From: Nemertoderma westbladi
Taxonomy: Eukaryota; Animalia; Xenacoelomorpha
Length of the DNA: 36,623 nt
Assembly (NCBI GenBank): GCA_032718475.1
Contig: JAUCBJ010000247.1
Span: 1-36,623 of the forward strand
Reading direction: 5' to 3'
Part shown: positions 22,027 through 35,000 of the stretch, piece by piece
Layout of the letters: the number at the start of each line of letters is the position of its first letter
Numbering within the stretch: the first letter of the stretch is position 1
Position numbers and translations under genes: made by a program
Notes under the pieces: model-generated
The model's input: only the letters and a program-made list of their open reading frames with translations
Databases searched by the model: none
What the model was told of the DNA's origin: nothing

Positions 22027-23219
22027 GTTGAAAAGGGCTGCTTTCCCGCAATGATGTAAATTGTTTTAAATCAAACTGATTTTTTTTTAGCTATAAAGGA
22101 CCTTTTTAATTTCCGTATAACTGTCAGACTAATTGTTTACTCACAACATATACAAGCACCACACCCTTTAGTCGATTAATCGTATAATTCCTGAGACGAT
22201 TCTGATAATACAGACGTTAAGTTCTAATTGTATTGATAATTAGCGTGACAGGAGAGGGAGCTGTATTAAGTGAACAACCTTCACAGTGAAGGGAAGGGTT
22301 TTAAGTCGTACCTTTTCGTAGTAATAATAAAGTTTACATAATATTAAAAATTACTCTAGGTTCCTATTAATTTTTGTGTTGGAATATCTATTGAAAGGTC
22401 TTGCGACTAATTTATATTGAATGTAAGTAATATTATTAATCACACATAAGGTACAAATATTCTTAATCGCACAAACACCGAGTAATATAGTGTATATTGA
22501 TGGCCCGAATGTAGTATGTCACGCAACAGTGATTCTGTGTTCAGGATCAATTTCTATATTTTGTACTGGTAATGGTGGCCGATGCGGCCCTTTAGTAAAG
22601 GCTTTAGTTGCCAACAACTTGGGCAATGGATTTTATTGTGATTTAAGAATCTGTAATAAGTTTATGGCATCAATAGTCCAGTATGTATCCCTTTTGGCCA
22701 CTTATTATACAGTGTAAATCTCTGAGTTAATTCGAATTGGTGGATAGATATGTACCTCTCACCAACGTGAGGAACTGGACTCTCATCACTGCTAAACTGG
22801 CAATGGGTGCTATAAGTCACCCGCCCAGTCAACGCATATGCATTCCGTTATTGTCGGTAGGTACTGTCGTTTCCTTGCCAACACCCCATTGTTAAAGTCA
22901 AGGAATTATTTCAGGACGGCTTACCCCTTTGATGGTGATTGCTTAACGATTGGTTGCTACTGGTGTTAGCTATTTTCGCGGTGAGATGAATCTACCTAAA
23001 CGTCATGTCTGACAGGTCTGTCAAGGTCAACATTTGCTCAATTATTTATTGACTTATGTTTTTATAGGCAGATTGTTATATGAGTTCCTATATAGATTGC
23101 AGTTATAAACTTCAATCATTAATTCCTATTCGGCTTGAAATTGAATTATCAATATTGCTTGTTTCGTAAATATGGCAGTTTGGGTGGGAGGTCGCTTGAC
23201 GCCAGATAGGGGGGCAAAC

Positions 23220-23497
23220 TGGACGCAATAAAAATTCAACCCTCCCCAGGTGAAATTCGACGCAAATAACAGCTGAGTACTCTCAAAAGTAAAACTGTTA
23301 CCTGTTCTATTGTGTTTAGTTTATTGTTTTGGTTAAAATAACGTGCCACCGTAACCTGCCCCCTCCCTGTCTCCTTGACGCAATGAAAATTTATCCCTCT
23401 TCAGGGGAAAATCGACGCAAAACAACTGATTACTCCAAGGTTAAACTGTAACTTGTACTAATAATGAATTTCGTTTATTGTTTTGGTTAGAATAACC
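23220..23497. repeat. Two diverged tandem copies of a ~155-bp unit
   Basis: GACGCAAT-AAAATT..CGACGCAAA..AAACTGT..GTTTATTGTTTTGGTTA-AATAAC at about 23222 and about 23377. Confidence 0.7.
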
Positions 23498-23534
23498 CCT
23501 GCCAGATTAACCTGCTCGGCTCATTTCCCCTACA

Positions 23535-24600
23535 ATTTGTGGGGCGAGCCACGAAGTTGGCGGAGCCTTAGCGAATTGACACTGTTAGGGGGTGGGTCAA
23601 TTTATGCAAATAGTTGTCGTCGTCGTCGTCGTCGTTGTCGTCGTCGTCGTCGTCGTCGTTGTCGTCGTCGTCGTCGTTACGATTTTGACATGCTAATAAC
23701 TTTGTCGGATTTAAAGCTGCCAAGTTGAAAATTTGTAGGTATCAATATGAGCAAAAGTTGAGATTTTTGAGAGACTTTCAGACACCATCAGTGCAATGGT
23801 CTCCCGCTAGAGGGCCACATGTCTAAACATTAAATGCCCTCCCATTTCTTTGCTTTTAATCGGTTTAAGCTGAAACTTGGCAGATATGTATTAGACCATT
23901 AGCTGTGACTTTCAAAGGAGGCGAATCCATCTGCAGTTCTCCAGTCTGCCGCTAGAGGGCCAAAGGTCTGAAAGTGAAATCGTTGTCGTCGTTACGATTT
24001 TGACATGCTAATAACTTTGTCGGATTTAAAGCTGCCAAGTTGAAAATTTGTAGGTATCAATATGAGCTAAAGTTGAGACGTTTGAGAGACTTTCAGACAC
24101 CATCAGAGCAATAGTCTCCTGCTAGAGGGCCACATGTCTAAACGTTAAATGTCCTCCCATTTCTTTGCTTTTAATCCATTTATGCTGAAATTTGGCAGAT
24201 ATGTACTAGACCATTAGCTGTGACTTTGAAAGAAGGAATTGAATTGAATTGAATTGAAGGCTAATCCGTGTGCAGTTCTTCAGTCTGCCGCTAGAGGGCG
24301 AAATGTTTGAAAGTGAAATCTTTCTCCCATCTCGTTATTTATGATCCGTTCAAGCTGAAACGTAGCAGATATGTAGTAGAAGTCGGCCTGAGTCTTTGGT
24401 GGGCAGTAAACGGTCTGGAGTCCTCCAGTCTGCCGCTAGAGGGCGAAATGTATAACTGTCCCCAATTCCTTGATATTAATTTATTTAAAGTGAATATTGG
24501 CATATGTACTAGAGCACATGCTGCGTCTTTCTGAGGAAGGTGGTCGATCTGCATTTCTCCAGTCTGCCGCTAGAGGTAAGCGGAAATTCAAGACGCTGGT
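23535..24600 (+). mobile_element. HINE/DINE-1-like (Helentron-associated) non-autonomous repeat
   Basis: Short GC-rich head, then a (CGT)n microsatellite at 23614-23677, then tandem 135-170-bp core repeats (a 315-bp dimer is duplicated), each containing CCGCTAGAGGGC. Family assignment rests on architecture only. Confidence 0.55.
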
Positions 24601-24717
24601 CACACTACTAAACGCATTATTTCAACATTCTCAAATATACGCTCCATAAATATTTCACGTTACTATTTGATTGATAATCAAGATATAAACCAAGCGGAAT
24701 TGGGGTGTAAACGTTAA

Positions 24718-24756
24718 GCAGACACCTGGTGCAGACACCTGGTGCAGACACCTGGT
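24718..24756. repeat. 3 x 13-bp GCAGACACCTGGT
   Basis: Read directly. Confidence 0.85.
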
Positions 24757-25535
24757 GTTCGCGCTTTTGAAGACCTTTAGCAGTTTAACCTGCCAAAATT
24801 TATATGTCTTTTAGTTAATTAAAACACCTTTAGCATACGACAATATTTTATGCTAATAAACAAAACATTAACCGAAGCCAGCCCATGCGCGATCATTCAC
24901 CCGATGGATACACCCGGGAGGCTGAATTCGGCTGCTTAAATTTTATTATTGCAGTGTAAGGTTGCAGTGTAAACCTACTGTATTATTCGATTGATCGTTA
25001 ATAATTAATTTCTGACAGATATTATTGGCTTTCGGGAAATATTAACAGTTCCTTTAGGACGTGGCGCTCTATCTATTTAAACAGAGCTAGGACTTATACT
25101 AAACGCAACGATACTGCTTATGATTAAAGTATAAGGCGCATTCTTTAGGAAATGCTTTGTTACCAATCACAATCATGCACACTATTCTGCCGACCGTCAG
25201 TAAATTTGATCACACATAAAGAGAGCAGCAATTGACTCATGTAGGGTCTGCTAAATAACATTAGATTCAATACACACCACATTGATATAAATCGCAATTG
25301 TTATATATAACCGGTCTCTCTAACCTGTAGTGTATCAAGAAAATTGGGAATTTTGGGTGATTTATCAGTATTCTCCAAAGAGCAATATTTCCTCAACAAA
25401 TCGATACAATTAATAACTGACGGTAAATAACAGTACAAACAATATGATTAATAGTGAGTTAATTAGATCAGTTAGATTAGATAACAGTTATACTTTCGAT
25501 AATTTAAGCAGTTTTACTAGAGTTGTCCCGGCCGG

Positions 25536-25920
25536 TGTTATGGCGAAAAATGGGAACACAACAACAGAAACATGTGACTACTGCTCTATACGAAGATACC
25601 AACTACCCTTATTCCACGAAGCTCCCGTCCAACACAGAGAAAGAGCAGTAAGATAGGAAAATTCAGTTCAGTAGCTCGGTGATAGGTCAAAATCAAAGCC
25701 AACTCAAATTCTATTTGCAGATACAGAAACAGGGCTATGACGCAACCTCCTAAGCTGGTTGGCCGATCGAACAGAACCCAGATCCCTTCGCACAGCAAAT
25801 CAGCCAATCAGCCGGTAGCTTGCACTATTCTAGCTAGATATCCCTTTTTAGAGTATTCAGCGACTGGGGGGAACTGGTTAGCAAAGCAAACGAATCAGTT
25901 ATCCCACAAAAGCTTTTACA
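25536..25920 (-). mobile_element. Putative 3' LTR (385 bp) of an older LTR retrotransposon
   Basis: Minus strand reads CTGGGAGCGG (PPT-like) | TGTAAAAG...CCATAACA, with an internal CCAAT box, a TAAAAAGG TATA-like site, AATAAG and a GT-rich end. Partner LTR is not in the window. Confidence 0.5.
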
Positions 25921-25998
25921 CCGCTCCCAGAAAATGGGATTTAAGTCTATAAAATATACAAAATCACAGTTTCTAATATACGTAAATACTCTAAACAG

Positions 25999-27448
25999 TT
26001 AATCTTTCTTACGCGGACGGCGTTTACGCAGTTTTTTAAAGCTAGCCAGAGTCTTTTTCTCTTTGGGGCGAGCCACTTTACAAGGAGGGCTATAACTCCT
26101 GGGTGAAGGGTGCAATATGATTGCATCAGAGGGTATAGGATTATGGTCGGTGTATCCGCCAGTCGAAGTGCCGAGTTGATTGACATCAACGTCGGGGGAG
26201 AGGGGTCTAACGGCCTTTAGAGCGCGTTTTAGGACAGCCGCTCTTACGGGTCCTTTACGAGTGGTCTGAACGAGAGCCGTAGGTGGACCATAGGCAGTTA
26301 GAAACTTCCTGGGTTTAATGGTTCTTTCCAACTCGCGTTCGCGGGCTCGGTATTCGTAAGGCCGTCGATATACTTCCTGTAACTCGGGGTATGAGTTAAC
26401 AAATAAGTCTCCATAGTCCGGGTCCTGACGGATATAACTGATTAAGTTATAGGAATGAAGGTTGCTAGGATTAACCCTCCTGAGAAATTTGCGTACGAAC
26501 TTGGTTGAAATACATTCTCCGACGCGCTTCAGTAGTTCGTAACTCGATATGCGTGATTTCTGTTCGACAGAAGCGAATAGATAAGGATGGAACGCATAAA
26601 CTCCTTCGTAAGCGCGTCCAGGATAATAACGATGGCGCGAATCACAATGTAAATCAGCGTTCGCTTCCCAAGCTCTGATGTAACGTAGTGTGATCATTTC
26701 ATCTACGCTTTCCAAATCGTGATTAAAAAGGGCAATCGAAACTGGCGCGTCCCTTTAGTTGACACTGTTGACATTGAGTCATAAATTGAGGGCAAACCGC
26801 AAAAATGTGCAAGTTATTGAGTCTGTAATACGCGCAATAAATTTCCATCGTCGGTTGTTCGTGGAAATAGGAACAGCAGACGTTTGTGTCCATGGGCGTA
26901 ACATGGTCTCTCGATGCGCATAACCGACAACGTTGCCGAGAAACATAGTTGGCATGGCGATAATCGTACGCAGTGAGACACTGTGGACCTTGATATCATT
27001 CTAGGAGGTAATCGTTGTCATTGTTCCGGGCGCGATAGGCTGAATCTCCTCAGATTCTAGGCATATTGGTTCGTCTTCCCAGTCTGTTACGAATATAATT
27101 TTCGTGATCTATTCTCGGTTTATCGTTACGACTCCGCTGGGTATGATATTTAAATAGAACCATTTCCCTTTCGGTGTATACATCGTCCGTATCATGTAAA
27201 TCGATAGGATGGCCGGTAGTTAGGAAGTCCATATACGTACCATTACGATGCGTATAGCGAGCGGTTAATTTTCGATAGTCCAATTCACGCGTAAGTTGCT
27301 TTTGGGACATCGGCGGTTCGATATAACGACCATCGTCCTCCGTAATGGTTGGATCGGCTTCACCGCGTATCAAGCTATCCACAAATGCTTGTAAAGGTAG
27401 AGTATATCGTTCCCTGATACCAAGATCATCTTCTATTAATTCCGTCAT
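25999..27448 (-). pseudogene. Decayed ~482-aa accessory ORF with three CCHC-like zinc knuckles and a K/R-rich C-terminus
   Basis: The 132-aa and 238-aa ORFs join into one frame after reading through TGA at 27050-27052 and 26996-26998 and removing one base from the A5 run at 26725-26729. The intervening frame encodes CRLCASRDH..VCC, CAYYRLNNLHIFAVC and CQQCQLKGRASFDC. Confidence 0.72.
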
Positions 27449-28264
27449 ATCTGCTATCTGAGTTTATTAATATTAGTATGAGTCAATATTTAGGCAAGTG
27501 GGCGTCGCTGCCTACTAGTCTTTGCCCCCGGACAGTGGGTTTCTCAGCGCCGATGTACCGTCGTCGCGGTGTTTACGCCAACATGTAGCAACAGCACGAC
27601 AACGATAACCGGCACAAGTCCCACCACTGTCCGTCCCAAAGGCTTGAATCCACTTGAGGTTATCTCGGTAGAGTTAGGGCTACTTTACAATTGCGATTAG
27701 CTACTGTAAACACACTTTAGTAGTAACATTCACCTATAAACGCACAAATTCCATACAATCATTACTTACTGCACACATGCAGGCCATTTGTCCGTTAATC
27801 AGTGTCTTCCAGAATGTCACGTTATTACTATGTATCCTTGGATACTAATAGTGCGCTATGTATACTCTTATGCTACGCAATGGGGCAAGCTTTTTTGTTG
27901 TTCCTTTAACTTGCTTCTAATTCTAGCGTGGGTGTTGCCATGGTGACATTATGGAAAACTAGCGGTAGAATTAGGGTAATTCTCATGCATACAGATCTGG
28001 GATGTTATTTAATAGTAATTCTTTAATTGTCAATATCCTCTTTATGCATGATTTTATAAATTTTATCAGCTATTGACTATATGCTGGAGATTCTCGCACT
28101 TTAATACACTCAATATGAATCTCCGCTCCCATGATCTATTAATTACTGGAATTTTGGGAATGTTATAAATTGCACAAAATGACAATTTATGAAATTCATT
28201 TGAATATGAATTTAAATTTATTCCCGTGAATTTTATTATTTGATGTTAAAATTGACACAATTTG

Positions 28265-28522
28265 ATTCCAGAGCAGGTCTGGGGACATAGGATCCTTAAT
28301 TCTATGACAATTGTCTTTTAAGAGTATCGGTAAGTGCTGCGATATCTTAATTGACTAGAAATTTAAAGGATCTGAATTTTACATATTTTACTAAATATTA
28401 AATTAATATTTAAGATGGGCACCGATTTATTCCAGAACTTGTCTGGGGACGTTAACCACTGATTCTAGAATTTGTCTTTCAAGTATATCGGTGGGTGCCG
28501 CGATATCTTAATTGACTAGAAT
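28265..28522. repeat. Two diverged ~95-bp direct repeats about 165 bp apart
   Basis: TTCCAGA..GTCTGGGGAC..TTGTCTTT..TATCGGT..GCGATATCTTAATTGACTAGAA occurs twice. Confidence 0.75.
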
Positions 28523-28567
28523 TATAGATGGTCAAAGTTTAACGGATTTATTTGCGTTTTACGCTAC

Positions 28568-29050
28568 TGTTATATGGACATCACGCTACTATATGTATTA
28601 CTTAATATAAGGTAGAAGAGCAATATCGCACGAAGCAATGTCAGTGTGAAGAGGCAAGTCGTTTCCAAGGTCTACCCAGAGCTTGGTTTAGCCGAGACAC
28701 GAGGATCTGAACTTTGCATTCCTAATACTCTGCCTACCAATAATACTTGAATATAGTAGTGGCTTTATTGTACTTTAAGAAGTACGGACATTTCATCTTA
28801 CTGTAGTCACGTATTTATAATATGATACGGACAGTAAGGAAAGAGAAAAAATTATTTCTCGCCGTCGCACTAAATATATATTATAAGTAATTACGTACGT
28901 AATAAACACTAATATATTGCACTAATCTACTAAATAATCCCTAAAATAACATTCTACTAAATAAAAATTGAATAAAAACGATTATAATAAAGTACATAAT
29001 AAAGTTCGCATATAAAATGTAATAAAATAGATAAATAACATAGTCATACA
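28568..29050 (-). mobile_element. Putative 3' LTR (483 bp) of the intact BEL/Pao element
   Basis: Just after the pol stop the minus strand reads CTGGAGTGGG (PPT-like) | TGTATG...CCATATAACA. TATAAATA near 28812-28819 and AATAAA at 28764-28769. The left boundary is inferred. Confidence 0.6.
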
Positions 29051-29065
29051 CCCACTCCAGACGTA

Positions 29066-32000
29066 TCACGTTTGGGAGTCCCTAGATGTTTGAGGAATTA
29101 GGGAGGTGGTCGTGGGAAGAGTTTCTTGTCTTCCATAGTTTCCGGAGAGTTCTCTGTCTCTTTCCAGTAAACATAAACGACCAACTGGGCGATTGAGTTG
29201 TTGCGTCTCAAAGATTATACCGGGCTTCTTGAAGTTACGCCGCATAACGATGAGTTCTACTGAACGCACTAAACCATCCTCCGAGATATGGGTCTCGATG
29301 ATACGACCTGTCTGCCACCGTTTACGTGGGAGGTCTGGATCTACAATAAGTACCATATCTCCGGCGCTGACGTTTTCCTGCTGCGCAAACCACTTAGTTC
29401 GAAGTTGTAGCGTGGGCAGGTAATGTTTCTCGAAATGGTCAGCGAAACGACGGGATAGCAACTGCATAAGTTGCCAAGTTCGACGGCAGTATTCGTCTCC
29501 GTCGGCAATCTCTGATCGTGGGAGCATGGCTACCGGTTTCTTCAGTAGGAAGTGCGCAGGTGTTAGCGCTTCCAGGGAATCGGGACTCGATGAGACTGGC
29601 ATAAGCGGTCTCTCGTTGAGATAGGCAGCTATTTCCTCCATTAACGTCCGCAAAAGTTCGTCGGTGAGATACGCACGGCATGGCACTATAAAGTGAAATG
29701 TGGTCTTAACACTTCTAATTAATCTCTCCCAACTTCCTCCCCACCAAGGGGCGTCGGCGGCGTTGAAGGTCCAGCTAGACGCTGTTATCCTTAGCTGGTC
29801 ATCCACCTGTCTTTGGTTCCAGTCCTTTACGTAAGCCTGTATTTCGTTGTTGGCACCAATGAAGTTCGTTCCCTTGTCCGATCTCATGGTATTACTCGTA
29901 CCGAAGCGAGCGATCTGTCGTCGTAAACTTAAGACGAAACTGTTGGTAGATAGATCGTTCACCATATCGAGATGGATGGCTCTGCAAGTCATGCACACGA
30001 AGATGACACACCATCTCTTGACTATAGTCCTCGCACGATATACTTCAATAGGGCCAAATAAATCTACACCAGTATTAGTAAAAGGTGGTTCATAGAAGCT
30101 TACTCGTTTCCTAGGTAATTCTGCCTCTCGCTGTGTTAAAGGCCTACTGAATGCTTTCCTACAGGGTATGCAGTTCCTAAGAACTTGGTTCAGAGCCCTA
30201 CGGGGTTTATCAAAATAATAGCGAGTTCGAATTTCGCTAAGAACTCGTTCTCTTCCAGCATGATAAAGCTTACTGTGAACATCTACAATCATCTTGATTT
30301 GTACTTCAAGATTTCTAATGAGTATGGGGAATTTAGTGTCAAAGGATAAGGGTGCATTGGTTAGCCTTCCTCCAACACGTATTAACCCATCTATCATTGT
30401 GCTAGAGAATCGATCCCTTAAGCGCATCTGCGGATTTCTCAACAACAGGAAATACTTTTCGGAATCCTCATAGCATTGCAGGAGTCTCAGTATCTGTTTA
30501 TTAGTCTCTTCATGCTCCTGGTGACTAATTTTCTCCTTTAGAAAACTGTCAGATAACTTATACTTAGGTAAGTTTTTAATAACATGAACTTGTGCAGATG
30601 TCAATGGAGCGTTATCACTAGTGGTCTTCGCCCTGGAGTATTGATGATGAAAGCATCTCTTTAAATATGTGACGGCTTTACAGAGCCGATTCCAGGAACT
30701 GTAGTGATGCATCGCTCTCTGCAGCAGGGGTGAGATTCCTTGCGAGACGTCTGGTATTCCAGATTTCCAATCTCTATCTCGAATTTCCGCAACAGACTTA
30801 TTTATAGCGAGGGATTGTGGATCCAAATCATCGTTTCCGGAAACATGTAATACAGATAGATCGATAGTCGGTTTAAATAACTTCGATTTACTCGCCCGGG
30901 TTTTAGGTTTGACGGTCTCCGCTCCCTTGGCTTGTCTAATTTCCGCCGTAGTAAGGTGAGGAGGCCATTCGTCCTCTTCCTTGCTCAGGAAGTCGGGTCC
31001 ACCCAACCAATCTGGAGTATCTATCAGTTCCTGTGGAGTTGCTCCCCTGGAGGCGATATCGGCTGGATTAATCGTACCAGGGCAATGTCTCCATTGATCT
31101 ATCTTTGTGCGACTAAGAATAATAGCTACCCTGTTAGTAACAAAAACGCTGAACTGACAGACTTCATTGGTTAGATATTCCAACACGAGTAAAGCGTCGG
31201 TCCAATAAACCGTTTTCTCCAGTGGGTAATCGATTTGTTCCGTTACGTTCCGGCCGATGGCTGTAGCGTATAAAGCCGCTTTTAACTCCGCTCGAGGAAC
31301 CTTTAACTTATTGTTAATCAGTGCCTTAGAGGTAACCAAGGCGACTTTGATCCCATCCGGAGTTTCGACTCGCAGATATGCTACTATACCTATTCCCATG
31401 TCGCTGGCGTCTCCAAACACATGGAGTTGATAGGAATACGTCGGAAGAACATGTCCAAAATATGCACGGGAAATTATAAAGTTCTCGATGGCAGGTAGAG
31501 AATCTTCCCATTTCATCCATTTCTTCAACAGTTCTCCCTTAAGCGGATCATCCCATGAGTGGTTTTCAAGCCACATCTGTTGTACTAAACTCCGAGCAAT
31601 CAATATAACTGGGCTAATAAATCCCAATGGGTCGAAATAAGTGCTCAGGATACTTAAACAAATCCGTTTGGCCCGGACTGGATTATCTCGCTGTTTTAAC
31701 TGAAAAAACAGGATGTCTCTTTCAGTGTCCCACTTCAAGCCTAGCGTCTTGGTTTCAGGAAGATCGTCCTTTATTAAGTCTAGGTCTTTCGCTCCGCGAT
31801 CCTCTACCGGTATGGCTTCCAGAAACTCACGGGAGTTACTAGTGAATTTCGTCAGTCGAAATCCGCCTCTTTTCAAACACTCTACCGTTCCTTTCGCGAC
31901 AGCTATGGCTTCTTCTACTGATGGAAGGGACCTTAAATTGTCGTCAATGTATATATTGCGTTTTATGTTGTCTATCACTTCTTTGGAGAAGGAGTCTCGG

Positions 32001-35000
32001 TTGTCATTCGCAGTGGTTCGCACCACGGAGCAGGCGTTGGAAGGGCTAGATATGATCCCAAAAGCCTGGATGGTCATCCAGTACTCTACCGGTTTCTGGT
32101 TGAGGTCTCCTTCAGGCCACCACAGAAATCTCAGGCTGTCTCTATCTCTCTCCAGCGCCTTGACTTGTAAGAACATTCCTTCGATATCGGAAGCGAACGC
32201 GATGGAATATTGTCTTAATCTCAAAAGTATTCCCAACAAAGATTGGAGTAAATTGGGTCCTGGTAACAACTCGGAATTAAGGGATTGGCCCATATATAGA
32301 GCAGAGCCATCGAATACGACTCGTACTTCATGGGGCTTACCGGGTTTGGGAACATAATGATGTGTTAAGTAATACGTTCTCTCAGTCACTGGTGTTCCTT
32401 CCGGTACTCGCTCCGCGTATCCCTTTGTTATAAATTTCTTCAGCTGAGTTTGGTACATTTCTTTCGCTGAAGCATTAGCTGTAAGGCGTCGATGTAATTG
32501 AGCGATTCTTTTCTCGGCCAAGGGTCTGTTATTTATAAATCTAGGTTCTCGTTTTCGAAATGGCAGGCCGATTTCATACCAACCTTGGTCTTTTAAAAAA
32601 CGTGTAGTTGTTTCCTGGATTTGCTTGGCTCTTTCTTCTTCTATAGATAGAGCCTTATCATACGAATTGGGCTCTACAAGTTCCTGAGTAAAGAATCGTA
32701 CGGCTAGTTCGTCCCGAGTTCTAGCGTTGCAGCGCTCTATCTCATCGTTGAGTTCATCATTGTAAGCGATGGGTTCCGATGGGTGAATCAGTTGACATAG
32801 GTTCACCTGATCTTTCCAAGTTTGGTTTTCTGTAAGTAAGTCTATGGTGTTCTCCTCATCGAAGAGTTGATAAGTGTCATCGTTATCTGAGGAGTATGGT
32901 GTTCCCTCAGTTAGTTCGTCCACCTCACTGCTCTCCTCGCTCCAATCGCTCACATGATCTACTCGTACTTGTGGCATTCTCTCTTCGAGAGTCCTGCGGG
33001 AAGGGCCAGTAAAGTACCAACCTACTCTAGTTCTTACCGCATAGGTTTGCAGTGGCTGCGGTTGAGCAGGTCGTTTCTCTAATGTTTCGAGCGCCTCATG
33101 CGCGTTTTGGCCGATGAGGATTTGCACTCCAGGATAATCTGTCTGGAACCGAGGTATCTTAAGATGTTGGATGCTCTCATCTTCGTCCCAATTATAAAGG
33201 TCTGCTTGAGTAGTAGCGAAGTTCTTTATAGCCACCATTTTTACCGACCTTATACCTTGTGTTCCTAACTTATCCTGGGGAGTGGACAACACACCTACGT
33301 AGTAATCTGCCGTTAGGGTAGATTTCCAAACCTGCATAATTCCTGACATATTCAATTTAGTCCGGAACTTGGGTTGTCCAGCAAAAATATCTTCGGCTAG
33401 TTCTTGATCGATGAATGTTCCTGTGCTGCCGGAGTCAAGGAGGGCGTTCACTATGTAGCTTTTGTTAAGACCGTGAACTCTTACCTGAACTACAGGAAAT
33501 TCTCTGATTCCTACGTTGGAAGCTGGAGCTTTCCAAGATGGTTGTTTGTCAAAAGTAGTTAGGGGAAACTCATTGTTGGTGTCCTTTTCATAAGTAAGTG
33601 CTCGATACACTGCGGTATTGATTAGATAACAGGATTCGTTGGCGTCGGAGAATTCGTCAGTATAGAATCCTTCCATCTCAGATTCTTGATCAGTGTCGTT
33701 TACATCACTGAATTGGACATGTAGTTCGGGCTCACTTACCTGACTCAGTTTGTCTCGTTCGAACTCACTGTGTAACAAGATGTGATGTTTCGCGCCACAC
33801 TTTGCACACTTTATGTCGGAGTAACAGGTTCGCCGTTGGTGTCCTGATCTGAGGCAATTATAGCATAACCGCTTATTCCACAGGACTGTACGTCTGTCTA
33901 CAAGGGATTTCTTTAGAAATTCAGCACACGCACTCAAACGGTGGGGCCCGTCGCACAGCGCACATTTTGGTTTGATGTTACTCACCTTAACTTGGTTAAC
34001 GTTCTGCACTCTCGTTCTTTCTTCGGGCTTTCTTCCGTGAATTCTCTTAGGAGACGTAGGAGGAGTTGTTGTTACCTGTTCTCTCCTGTCACTGGTTCGA
34101 GACTTGTATTTACTTACGTCTTTATAGGTCTTGTTGTCATAGTAAGATTTTGCTGTGTCTTTCTCGCTGTCCTCTTCTTGAGAAGCTTGGCTTTCGCCGT
34201 CGTCAGTATAACACACTGGTATTATCCTTCTCCTAGAAACGGGTTTCTCACTTACCTTATTTTCCGATGTTTTCTCTCTGGACTGCCTTATGAGTTGTAA
34301 TTTTACTTCACTATCTAAGAAAGACATGAGATCAACCATGGTAGGACTTCGTCGTTGTTGTTCATTCATGTACAACACTTTCTTGTCCCAGCGTGTACAT
34401 ACTCCACCCTTTGGTAAAGTAGAGACTACGGCTCCAATAACCATGGAACTCTGATATTCATGCGACTTACCTAACCAGTCCAGTTGTCTACAGATCTCCT
34501 GAATTTCATCGGAAAACTCTATAATCCCGCTACTAAGGAAGTGTCGGGGGGCTACTAATTTTGCATACAAATACTTAGCTATGTTATCCTTGTTACCATA
34601 CCTGATGTTTAATGTATCCCAAACTTGTCTTAATCCATCTGGATGTCCAATAAACTTTAACGCCATTAACTTGGGAGGTCCTTCCAAGCACTTGATGAGG
34701 AATCTAAGTTTCTCTCCGTTAGATAGTACAGAGTTCTGTATGCTATCTTTGTAATATTCGTTGAAAGGTAACCATTTCATCTCATCTCCATTGAATTTGA
34801 CGATCTCTCCCACTTTGACCGCTTGGCGAGCTTCTGTTCTAGCCATCTGCCGCGTAAAGCTTTCTTGGGCCATCGTGTTATTTATTATAGAATTATCGGT
34901 ATATAAATTTCTCGGATCATTATCAGGTCTATAGGGAATATCATTAATAACAGGTCTATAATCACCCTTAATAGGGTTTGTTATAGGAGTTTCAACTTCA

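Noticed and set aside
23483-23728. Arg-rich protamine-like 81-aa ORF
   Set aside because: The Arg run is the (CGT)n microsatellite of the repeat element.
25999-26715. 238-aa ORF as a retroviral-type env
   Set aside because: No signal peptide, transmembrane helix or fusion-protein Cys pattern; it is better explained as the 3' part of a longer broken ORF.
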